Origin: Paraphysomonas bandaiensis
Taxonomy: Eukaryota; Protista; Chrysophyceae
NCBI GenBank assembly: GCA_965644295.1
Contig: CBFFRP010000115.1
Span: 70,754-134,753, forward strand
Length of the DNA: 64,000 bases
Reading direction: 5' to 3'
The notes under the pieces are model-generated. The model made no database searches, was not told the origin of the DNA, and saw only the letters and a list, made by a program, of their open reading frames with translations. This document shows positions 37,883 to 49,044 of the stretch, one piece after another. A program made the translations under genes and the position numbers. How positions within the stretch are numbered: position 1 is the stretch's first letter; each line of letters starts with the position of its first letter.

Positions 37883-39060
37883 TTAGAGAAGAATAGTAGG
37901 ATATTGTTGGCAGAATGCAGCATCCACCAATACCTTAGTAGAAGGATCAAATTCCGTGACTCGACCATAGCAGTGAACGTCATAGGCACTCCATTCATAT
38001 GTAGATTGAAACAAAGGGCAATAGAGGTCTATACGTAACTGGCGACGGCCAACCCACCGCACATAAGAACATTCGACAACATACATCGTTGTATAACAAT
38101 TCGGCAGATTAAGTTCATCATAGAAATCTGAACCCCATGCACGCAAATCTACATAAATTGTTTGACCAGGTGACACCCCTTCGATAGGTATACGTTTCAA
38201 ACGTGCACGTTCAGATTTTGCCATAGCAGCAGAAAACAACAGAGGGAACAATTGAGGTTTCTGCTCACAGAACGACTGAAATTGCGAGGTGGAAGCAATA
38301 TCCTGTGACCATGGAAGCCATAATAACGAACCATCCTCAAACTGAACTTGGAATTCCATTCGAGAACGAACCTCCGGATCTCCTCGGTATGCAATCACAG
38401 CAACCACAGTATACTGGTTAAAATCAATTTGCGCAACACGATATGCCTGCTCAGGCGTACCAAAGAACGGTTTGAGCCATGACATGTGCTACACAACTTC
38501 AAAACGCATCACAACATGCATGCATGTGACATCAGCCTTATACGTGGATACCACTTCGTAAGGACCTTTGAAACGAGGGTATAATTTATTGGGCTTGTGC
38601 TGAGTTGGATCCAGCCGCAACAAAACTAAATCACCAGGCTGATATTCGTTCAAAGTATGTGCAGGCGTGGCAGACTTGCGCTTGTCTTGGATCTTGCGCT
38701 GAACATCCATGGCAACCGCTCGAATCTTCTGTAAGTTCTCATTCAAAATAGACACATAACCCGCAGCAGAAGATTCATCCATAGTCAGTTCACCCAAACG
38801 AAAATATGGAATATCAACGGTACCAAACACATATTGAAAAGGAGAGAGTCCAGTCTCACTACTGACTTCATCATTCAAAATGAACTGAATCAACATGTAA
38901 CACTCAATGTCCCCCCATGAATCTTGCAACCTCTCATCGTGGACTAAACCCTGTAGAAATCACAACAGCTCTCGATGAGATCGCTCGACCATATTAGACT
39001 CATGACGATTAGTTAATGACACTCGAAATCGAACTTCAAACCACTTCAATAGAAACTCCT
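37883..39060 (-). pseudogene. Truncated integrase (C-terminal core, GPY/F module, chromodomain-like region, extra C-terminal domain) with in-frame stops
   Basis: HESNMVERSHRELL*, ETGLSPFQYVFG, YQPGDLVLL..KLYPRFKGPYEVV, VV*HMSWLKPF, and YTVVAVIAYRGDP..MEFQVQFEDG..WLPW. Confidence 0.88.
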
Positions 39061-41213
39061 CATAGAACCCAGCACTCACGAAGACCAATAATAGCAGTAG
39101 ATTCAAAAACTAATCCCATCCACACAATAGCAAGATAAGCCCTCGGATAACGCCTTAACATCAATCTCTGTAGTTCCAGTCGGGAAAAACTTAACATGAC
39201 AAATTGCATCCTCGCATCAACTACAGAATTCACTTGTAGTTAAATAGAATACCACAGTGAAATTAAAAGATACTGAATTCTCAAATGCTCATAAGATTTT
39301 GGATTAACCTTTGCCTTATATATCCAATATAACCAAATGAGAATTACGTAGAGCCACTAATGGTCATGTAAATAGATTCCGCACTCAATGACATTAACCA
39401 CAAGTATTTGATCATCATAAACTTCACGCAATTCAATTGTAGGAAATACGCTTCAACTCAAACACTTGTTCATTTCACCCGCCATTAGACACAATTGAAT
39501 TTCCGTGAATACAAGTCCGAAGTGAATCAGAGAGACACTAACCTTAGGACTGAATAACACTCCACCAAATACTCGCAACAGCCAAGTTGAGCAAGTCTTA
39601 GCTTAAACCTTGTTGTACCCAGACATACTACAACAACGTTGTAAAACTCTTATTTCATTCATCATAAACAATAGAAGCGAGTTCACAAAGAAACTTAATT
39701 AATCCACTATTCCGAATTTGAATCCATAATATTAACTCAAATCTCTCGTACCACCCTTTTGCAAGAAGAGACACACACAACTGGAAACCGTAAGTGTCTT
39801 ACAACCCATTTTGACAACTGAATCTGAAAGTAATCAACCACCATCATCCATGTATTTGTGCACCAAACTCTACTTTGACATATCTTATTTTGTACAATAA
39901 TTGTAATTCATCCTCTCGATTTTAGAACGAAACAATATTTGATTAATGAAAATATCACCGGACCAATCAATAACCACCCCAATCAAAACATCATTCATCT
40001 CATTCTGAATATATACGAACATAGTGCACTGGTCTTATATTTCAGTAACCATACGTAACGATTTCCCTCAGATACAACATTATAATATTGTAAACAATAG
40101 AATGATCCACTCAACGCAATCTCATTGAAAAGAATCCAACAATAGAAATATCAACTGAAATAACAACAAGCTCGCAAAGTAATAACTCCCATTTTTAGTC
40201 TCGAAGTTAACCATCACTAGCATATATAATTCTTTCGCATGCAATAGTATTATCAACACCATACCTCCAAATATCATTGACACTTAACCATCGATCTCAT
40301 ACCCGATGCATAATACAGTCGAACAATTGAAAAATACCAGCGACAAAGTTTTCAAAATTTCATTGACATGTTGTATCACTGAACCATATTCACTTCAACG
40401 TAACAGAAACTTCAATTTCGAACAACTTTCATTCAACAACTAACCATGAATTTAGACAAGTTAATTCGTTGCATTTATGGATACCATATATTCAAATTCA
40501 ATCCCATTGCAGATCCAAAAAAAAAACTGAGTAACCATTTTATAACCATCAACAAGACAATGAATATCTCAAACTCCTTCCTGTGTCCATTCATTCTCTT
40601 TAATACAAAATGCAAAGCACACTGAAAACATATTGCTCCAAATATACTTTCCTCATACTGAAATTACAACATCAAAATTTACATTCTGTTCACATAGAGG
40701 CAATCGCGTTCATTAAAAAACTGTTTACTTCCTCTGAAATTATACTTTCGTATATGAATCATATAGTATTGCAAAACTTATCCAAACCATACATGACCCT
40801 TGCAAAACTATAACAATAATTGCTTGCCATTGATGTTGAAACCATACCATTGATATTGAACAACTCTTTGCAGACTTTTTACCAATCTCAGACAATACTG
40901 TCATTCATTGAAACTTGATAAATTCACTGAAACCCATTCTTATACATTGAACTTAAAACCGAATTATTCTCTCGTAGTAGTCAGTATCACACAGGACTAT
41001 TGAGCATAATTTTAACTAGACATTATTGAATATGGATCACACTTCTCAAAAACTCAGAACTCTCATATTGTAACTCCTATCACAACGGTAAGGCTCACAA
41101 CAACCTCAATCCATTCCGAAATAAAATGAATAAAACCATGATAAATATTGCATCATCATAAATAATAAGATGAACTTTGAAACAAAAGACACTTGCTGGA
41201 TTTGGAATTGAAC

Positions 41214-41861
41214 TTACTGAATTAATGGCGGCCCTGGCCCATGCTCCGCAATAAACACAAGATTTGAAAGCAATAAACTCAAACTCTTGTTCAACGTAAG
41301 AAACTGAAAAACGTAACAAGCTGCATCTTGCTTTATCAGCATAAACAAGGAATATTCAAACACCGAATAATTGAACACTGAAAAAGGTACGACTGACATG
41401 CGCTCGATTACATCTGTAGCATCATTGGCAGTAGTCTCTTTTCCAAAGGAATTTGGAATTACCATTTCAGGATCAATGGCAACATGCTGCATAACAACTT
41501 GAGAATTATCAACAAAAATCTCAGCCTCGAATGACTCTGACTGAACGTCCTGCTGCTCAACAAATTCCAACATATCATTGACAACATTCTGCACAATACA
41601 GTTCTCATCGGTTCTGTTCTGAAGTAGATCTGAATTAGCTGGAATCGCTCGTCTTGAGGAACGTCGAGACTCCAACTGCTGCAATCTTTGTTCGAACATT
41701 TCGAAATGAAGATCGATGGACTCAAAACGCTTGTTCAGCTGCTCTTGTTGTTCAGCAAACCGCTGCTTTTGTTGAGCAAACTGTTCATTTTGTTCAGCAA
41801 ACCGCTGCTGAAGGAACTCCATAATCTTTGAAACCTCTTCTTCCGAACTCATAGTCGACAA
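41214..41861 (-). CDS. Gag-position ORF with N-terminal Q/E coiled coil (probably gag-derived)
   Basis: ATG lies ~48 nt downstream of the 5' LTR. QQRFAEQ heptad repeats. No zinc knuckle seen. Confidence 0.55.
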   Translation of the reverse strand: MSTMSSEEEVSKIMEFLQQRFAEQNEQFAQQKQRFAEQQEQLNKRFESIDLHFEMFEQRLQQLESRRSSRRAIPANSDLLQNRTDENCIVQNVVNDMLEFVEQQDVQSESFEAEIFVDNSQVVMQHVAIDPEMVIPNSFGKETTANDATDVIERMSVVPFSVFNYSVFEYSLFMLIKQDAACYVFQFLTLNKSLSLLLSNLVFIAEHGPGPPLIQ

Positions 41862-41897
41862 TAATATAAATAAACAATGTTTCTTTCTATCCGACTA

Positions 41898-41909
41898 AAG
41901 TATTAATAC
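41898..41909 (-). other. Non-tRNA primer-binding site, complementary to LTR segment 42131-42141
   Basis: Minus strand reads GTATTAATACTT with no TGG start. It pairs with AAGTATGATAC (one G:U, one bulge). Confidence 0.65.
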
Positions 41910-42296
41910 TGTAATCTTTCTGATGAGAAAGACCGTGTTTACAACGTTTTATATGAATTTAAAGTGCTTCCCAAACCGAGAATACACTGTCCAGAACACC
42001 AAACCGGTGAAACTGCCTCCTAACACAAGCAAACCGCGAGTATAGAATGAATTAAATTACGTTAAAACGTGTAAAGAAAAAGTGAAATCATACAACACTC
42101 TATCTTGCTGTGAATCATCTACAGTTTACAGTATCATACTTGTACATATACGGGACTTATATCCCTTCAAGAATACAGTAACCGCAATGTATACTAAATA
42201 AACTGAAAATGAAAGTACAACAGCATGCTACCTAGAGTACCGCAGTATAACACCGTATAACTCCACGTATAACAGTAACTACAGGTATGCGTGACA
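41910..42296 (-). repeat. 5' LTR
   Basis: Direct repeat of 37241-37627, with TATA-like ATATAA at 42162-42157. Confidence 0.96.
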
Positions 42297-42761
42297 CACG
42301 GTCACGAAGCGGTCTCACTGGTGCAATTATGCACACTGACGCATGAAACAGACATCTACCAAAATCTGCTACAAATTCAAGCTGACTCCAATGTCTTCCC
42401 TCCATATTGTGTGCACTCGTCCAGCACATGCATCCACCTTGCACTCTTCTCCCGAGTGACTTACACTAGTAGGAAACCGTGCACCTTCCCCGCTCGGATG
42501 AAAACCTACTAAGCAAGAATAACATAAAAGCAACACAAATGTACCTGACACTGCTTGGAGAACAGCGCCAGAGCCTTGATAATATAATCTCAATGACCTG
42601 GGTCAGGAGAAATCAAGACTAGGCAGTAGACGTGTGAGAAGACATGACAGGTCTAATCACATCATTGCCATTGCCATGCATCCATGAGGAAAGTTTGACG
42701 CATTACCACGGTCATTGGCCACAGAGATACCGAATAATGTGAACTCATACTCAGCATCAAT

Positions 42762-43462
42762 CACTCAAAGCAAACGCAGGGAGCCAAATGTTAATATACC
42801 TGACATCTGCTGACTTCAGGTGTTTTGAGTTCTTAAGGTGAACATCCCGGATGCTTAACTTCAGCAGGCAGCCCAATACCCCGGTTACCCTTCTGGTGGG
42901 CCCTGTCCCGGATGCCCTTGAGGTGGGCCCATTCCCGGATGCCTGTTTATTCGTCAGGGCCCAAATTATTATTGTTTACTTATTAGTGTCCCTTGTACCA
43001 CACAAGCATTTGGCTATGAGTGGGCAGAACAATATATCTGCTGACTATATAATATGCGGCTCACGTTAGTTTCCCGGAGAAATATCTACGGTACTTCTCC
43101 CCCAGAACACCACGAAAAGGTGCGAGTCCGACTTTGTTGAGGGGGCCCTGCTATATAGCTATATAGCTATATAGGGTACAACGCGTCATCATTCTTCACG
43201 GTCTTTACATCGGCACATCCGGATCTTTATACAAGACTTAATGGAGGGCAAAGTCGCATCAAACAGCACCCTCAACAAAGTCGGACTCGCACTTATTCGT
43301 GGTGTTCTCTGGAGTAAAATTTTCTCCGGGAAACTAACGTGAGCCGCATATATAGTATATAGATATATAGTTAGCAGATATTGTTTTGCCTACACATATA
43401 GCCAAATGCTTGTGTGGTACAAAGAACATAAATATAAGTGCGACGCACAAGAAGCTTTCGTA
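42762..43462. repeat. Two head-to-head R1 copies (42762-43143 reverse; 43268-43462 forward, internally deleted)
   Basis: ccctcaacaaagtcggactcgcac occurs in both orientations ~125 bp apart. Confidence 0.85.
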
Positions 43463-43600
43463 GGTAACCCTAATTGAGAATTGAGTATATTCAGCGTTCA
43501 GTTATTTACGTTTTTATCATCCTAGCATGATGTGAAGCTTGACAGAGTATAAACATTGTATAGAGGATATTTACATCACACTATCAAATACAACAACAAC

Positions 43601-43816
43601 GCCATTATTGGGTGTCCAGTTTCCCCCAATTATATGGTCATTAAGAAAATATATTTCTGCTATTATAATGGCATTACCAATAATCGTTACCAGCAGGCCC
43701 TGTCACAGACTGTCACATTGGCACAATTAAATTGCAATTATAATTGCGCAAGCTATAGCTAATAATTGCCAAAAAACATTTGCAATTTAATTGCAATTAA
43801 TTGTTACGCAGCCCTG
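43601..43816. mobile_element. Remnant hAT-MITE ends
   Basis: ttataatggcatta..accagcaggccctg ends at 43702, and a second end gttacgcagccctg at 43816. Related to the 36708 MITE. Confidence 0.5.
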
Positions 43817-44185
43817 TACATCATAGATATTCGAAATTCTAGTATCTTGATATTTTACTATTTATATAATATATATATTATTATTATTACCAAGATCTGT
43901 ACAATGTACGACCAGATATGACTTCTGCCTTACAGTTGACCTCTTATAATCAATGTAGCCCCTTGTTATCACTTTCGTAATTTTGATTTTTTCATGCAGA
44001 CTTGTTACGGTAACCACAACACACACACATGTTTTATTCATAAGTTAGTACCTGCCACATTGTACTATTCATTCGAAATGTAATATCTATCAGCACTATA
44101 ATACTCGAAGTGCTTCAGCATACAGACGAATAACAAACCCGTCACATATAGTCAATTCACTCCCGCTTTTACTTGCCGATGAGGG

Positions 44186-46228
44186 CTAATGCTCATGATG
44201 ACCAGATACGTCCTCATTAATTGTGTGTGGCCGGGTACCGCTAGTAGCATTGATAGCAGAAGGCAGCCCGCCAGTCGTATTGGGTCTGTCCTCTTCATCT
44301 TCGTGCAGCAAATCTTCTATTCCAGATGATGTACCACCTTGAGGACCCTTACTCTTCGCACCAGAAGACACAGGGAAGACCTGTAGGTAGAAGAGAACCA
44401 TATTAAAATAGCGCTGTTTGTTTTTAGAAGCTTGTATATTCAGACATGACACAGCGGGCAATATACGATAACTGGAAAACATTCCCAAAGAACGGTTGCA
44501 ACATATACCTTAGAATACAGAAGTGTAACGACACGCTCTTGAGAGAGGAGAAGCTCAAGTGCCCTCTCTCTGTCTTCTTGAGCGAACGCTTCAATTGGAA
44601 TATTGGAAGCACCGTTGCCGTTATATATCTTGTCCACCTAGAAAATATCAGTATATAAATACATAATATATTATGCCACAATATAAAAATCATTTCCGCA
44701 AATACAATAGAAGCAAATGATGTGAGAATCAGGTAAAGAGTCGTACCTCGCCCTGTGAGACTCCTTTCATGAGTGTTCCTAGTTGGGCGGTCTCTATATG
44801 TCTACACATCGCAACGAGCTCATAAGTACCAAGAAGTGTAAAACACAGCATCAGATGACAGTAAAAGTATACATTTATACTGAACGAGAACAAATAACGG
44901 GGCGCGCACACAATATGCTCAACAAGTAATAGTACCAAAGCACTTGTCATTGCACAGGACAAAGCAAAAGCTATACCTTCTGGCTATCTCTTTTCGAACA
45001 TCCTCTACGCATGCTCTCAGCAACATTTCCATATCTGTTCTGGATTTTAACTCTTGAGCGTAGTTTTGTCTCACTTGTTGAAGACTTCTACGCTCATCAG
45101 CGAGCAGCTTACGAAGGCGTGTGTTTGCTTCTTTGTATCTGAGCAACATATTAGATTATTTCACATATATGCACCATCTTCACATAGTAGCATATACCAC
45201 AGTGCGTCTGGCATATAGTGTGCATCACAACAGAGGTCATAATATATACCTCTCCTCCTGATCTGTTGTACGTGACTGTGGGACCCTTGGTAGGATGGTA
45301 GTTTTGTTGCCATCTTCTGCAGATTTTACCTGGTAGAATTCGCTTCAGCATATATATTAGTTGCACGATTACATATACCTGTTCCTGGAGGGCTGCATTT
45401 TCTTGCTCTATTGCCATGTACTCGGCCCTCAGGCGTGCGTTGTCTTTCTTGATAGCAACGAGCTGTTTGATTAAATAATTTCTGTCTTCCTCTTGTGATT
45501 TAAATTGCGCTTTTAAGCGGGTATTCTCGGCACTTAAAGTGTGATTTACACGTTCAAGGCGATCAGCAACTTCTTTAGCCCACTCAACCTAGGTATTAAA
45601 CATCGTTAGTGTACGCACATAATATAGTGTACGCACATAATATACTATTACGCAATATAATATATTTTTCGCAGAAGGCAATGCAATATCCCACAATGGG
45701 AGTTCTAACCTCGGCTTCAAGTTGTCTACTACGTTCTATCCAAGCTCCTGCACCATCATCTTTTTTACTTTTCTCTTTCTCCAACTCCGTTTGCACATCG
45801 AATAATCTCGCTCTAAAGGCTCTCAACAGGTCTCTCTCCTGCTCCTGAAGTATTCTGGCTGTTCGATCTTGTACCAGCTCAACATTCGAGGTGATTTGCC
45901 CTTGCATTGCTTTCAGCTTACTCATTTTGGCATCTGTTTTCATCCATCCAGTTTTGCGCTGCCTCTGACGAGAGAGTTCTTCATCCAACTCATCAATGCG
46001 TGTCTTATAAGCCCTCTCACGTGATATATAACTCTCCTGGTGCCGCTGTAAATCTTTTTCCAGTAAGGCTATTTTCGCTTTGAGCGCACCAGGATCATCA
46101 GTATTATCTGTATTCATCGAAGACCCAAGTGGGAGCGTTCTATGAGCTGTACTTACACTATTAGGTGTTTTTGTCGTACTTTGTCGACGATTTAAAGGCG
46201 GCGACTGCCTTCCAGACTTGTTAAGCAT
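44186..46228 (-). CDS. Multi-exon coiled-coil protein of unknown function
   Basis: Exons include ILQEQERDLLRAFRARL, SQEEDRNYLIKQLVAIKKDNARLR, LRACVEDVRKEIARR and DRERALELLLSQERVVTLLYSK, separated by short GT-AG introns. Confidence 0.8.
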
Positions 46229-46740
46229 TATTAAGAATAAGAAATGAAAGACAAGTAACTAATTAACCACTATAGATGATAAGATAAGAGGAGGATACTA
46301 ATAACAGTGTTTAATGGAACAATGATTAAGGTAATCGCCTTGCTTATATATATACCCATATCACACACACTCAATCCACTTCACTGTCTCTATATGTTAA
46401 TAATGTGCATACATACACATACACATACATACATATACATATGTATGAAGGTGTTTTTTTTGTAACTGACTTTGAGGAGTTGTGTAGCCCGTATAAAAGA
46501 TCGAATCCCATCCCGTACATATACAGAGAAACAAGCAATATTTCGTCTTTTGTCAATTTTGTCGGAGCAATTTTACTTACATTACATACATTTGTCCCAC
46601 TGCAATTATATTCTGTGTCAATCCACGGCCAGACATACACTCAACCTTGATGCATATATCTATTACATATACCAGTCTACTGTAATTAAAAGATATCACA
46701 GCATTTAATATTATTCTATCATGTGATATCATTCATATCA

Positions 46741-47535
46741 ATGTCGTTTACTCGGTATTCACTCTTCATTATACTTGCTGTACTCGTCCTCACTATCGTG
46801 TTTTGTTTATATAGTGTTCATTTTATGGAAAACAATGATGAATATACCACATATGTATACGTTATTCCTGGTGGTGGGCCAGGGACTAATGGTTATCCTG
46901 AGTGGACAAAGCGTCGCACTATTGCTGCGTTTGAGGCTTTTGAATCTCTTTCTGGTTTGCAGAGAGAGCGTGCTATTTTCTTGGCATTATCAGCAGGATC
47001 ATTGAATGCCCCGAATAGAAGGGATAGCAACGGGCGCATTGTATTCGAGAGTCAGTTTACAATGAAACACCTTGTTGAACTTGGCGTTGATATTGACAAA
47101 ATTCATGGTGATTTCATGAGCTGGGATACACTTACGAATGCGCTATATTTGCGACAATTTGTTGAGGGAAGTAGTGCTGGAAAATCTCAAGCCATGAAAA
47201 GCAGAAAAGTATTTATTAATGTATTTATTTCGGATTTTCATGCGAATAGAGTAAAGGCAGCTTTTACATGGGTTCTTAATCTTCAACCAAAGCTTCCTAT
47301 TCCCTTTGAATTGACTATTCATAGCGTCTCGTCTGAAGGAATATTCAGCAAATCTGATATAGAGGAACGTCTAAACCACGAATATATTGGCACTCGAAAT
47401 ATCGAGAAAAATGCGAAGGAAATTATCACGATGGCTCAATTTTATAATTTTCTCATGATGGGCGGACATGCTGGGTATAAACAATACTTACGTGGGAATT
47501 ATGGTGTGACCACTACTCCAGGATATGTCAAATAA
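46741..47535 (+). CDS. YdcF-like / DUF218 protein with N-terminal signal anchor, intronless
   Basis: VIPGGG, R..AA, ESQFTMKHLVELGV, SWDTLTNA and ISDFHANRVKAAF match the DUF218 motif order. Confidence 0.8.
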   Translation: MSFTRYSLFIILAVLVLTIVFCLYSVHFMENNDEYTTYVYVIPGGGPGTNGYPEWTKRRTIAAFEAFESLSGLQRERAIFLALSAGSLNAPNRRDSNGRIVFESQFTMKHLVELGVDIDKIHGDFMSWDTLTNALYLRQFVEGSSAGKSQAMKSRKVFINVFISDFHANRVKAAFTWVLNLQPKLPIPFELTIHSVSSEGIFSKSDIEERLNHEYIGTRNIEKNAKEIITMAQFYNFLMMGGHAGYKQYLRGNYGVTTTPGYVK

Positions 47536-48096
47536 TAGGCTAGTTCTTCATAACTATTCTCGTAATTGCTTGTATCAGTCCAAAAATATTCAGTAGTAAG
47601 ACTATAGTGACTTTTGCCAACGTTAGTAGTGAGTGTATGGTGCGTAAAAATGTAATATAATTCTAATGGGTGTATTCTCATTAGCGTACAACTTTTTGTA
47701 TCTGGGGTGTATAACCATAACGAGTACACTAATGACACTTACATCGAGTGGTGTTTGATGTTCGTTAATAGTAGCTAAAAAGACGTTGTTTAATCTACTA
47801 TGCAGCATTTCGCATCTCGTAGTACAACTTTCGTCTTGCACAGTTCAAATAAAGTTTTCCATAGGCTCATTCAATTCTGCATGTTATGCCAACAATTTGC
47901 ATTAATTAAAACAACACATAATATTCAAAATAAGGTAGAAATAAATATTTAAAAAGTAGGCCTAGTTAAAGTATCAGTGTACAAGGCAGAAAGAGAAGGT
48001 GTAGTTTATAAATATTCTGGCACGAAACAGAACAGTAGAAATATAGATACGTGCAAAATAGTCGCAGTCATAGAGCAATAGATAATTAGAAAGAGT

Positions 48097-48468
48097 TCAC
48101 TTCCACTGAACATGCGCAACTGTGGATACAATATTCCTCAGAGCTCGGTCTCTCACACTAAGAAAAGATCTCGGGGAAGTCGTTTGTTTAGTACTCCCAC
48201 TCTGCCTTTTTTCATTGCCAGCCGGATTCCGATATTCATATCCGCCTTTTGGTTGACAGTGACGTTGTTTACATGCTTTGTTTATCATACGCTGAAACAC
48301 TCGATCTCTCCCACTTTTTGCTCGTGTATAGGTGCTGTTCTTACATAAAGCTTCCATATCGTGGACGTGTCTTCTGTTTTCTAATGGAGAAACAGCATTA
48401 GTTACTTGTAGTAGACTAGCATGCACAGGATATTCATCACCTGAACCAACTACATCATTGAACTTCAT
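48097..48468 (-). CDS. Small basic protein (123 aa), probable paralog of 49045-49566
   Basis: Shares GRDRV..RM.NK with the divergent neighbour. Confidence 0.6.
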   Translation of the reverse strand: MKFNDVVGSGDEYPVHASLLQVTNAVSPLENRRHVHDMEALCKNSTYTRAKSGRDRVFQRMINKACKQRHCQPKGGYEYRNPAGNEKRQSGSTKQTTSPRSFLSVRDRALRNIVSTVAHVQWK

Positions 48469-48619
48469 TTGAAACACTTTCAATTATTACACAATGATTG
48501 TATGTCTTGTGTTTGCAGCAGTCTTAATGTAGGAGATCTATTGCAGTGAGCACTGTAGCTATAGATATACAGTATGATATTACCACAACCAAATTTTGAT
48601 CTAGCACATTCTATCACAC

Positions 48620-49040
48620 TACCCAATGAACACAAAGAAAATATATATGATTGGCTTATGATCGATTTGTGTAGGGGAAATGAGCAAATGAGTGAATGCA
48701 GAACCGTTTTAATTGGTTAAAAATTAACCAATGAACACACGGGAAATTCAATTGATTTCTAGAAACTCTATTTGAAATATTATCCTTAACCAATGAAATT
48801 TCTCTATTCACATACTGCTGCTCCTGCATCTTCTACTTTCCCTGTCAATTATAAAACCAATCAAAATATAGAATATACATATGATTGGTCACTACTTATC
48901 GAATCCGTTATAGGGGATTGAGAAGGTCTATGCAACATTTTGGTGGCCATATGGCCAACTGGAACTGCAGCGTAATCTAAGCAAGTAACGCATCAACTGT
49001 GCACTAAGAAGTTCTAATATAGCAATAGCAATCTCATTGG
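48620..49040. promoter_or_regulatory. Bidirectional promoter with 8 CCAAT boxes
   Basis: CCAAT at 48623, 48728, 48790 and 48857; ATTGG at 48650, 48712, 48884 and 49036. Confidence 0.6.
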
Positions 49041-49044
49041 TATC

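Larger units (their letters stand above)
37241..42296 (-). mobile_element. Non-autonomous Ty3/Gypsy (chromovirus-like) LTR retrotransposon, 5,056 bp
   Basis: Two 387-bp LTRs (37241-37627 and 41910-42296) with TG..CA ends, identical by eye. TSD is CACG. PPT at 37628-37644. Integrase and chromodomain remnants are present, with no recognisable RT or RNase H. Confidence 0.95.
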
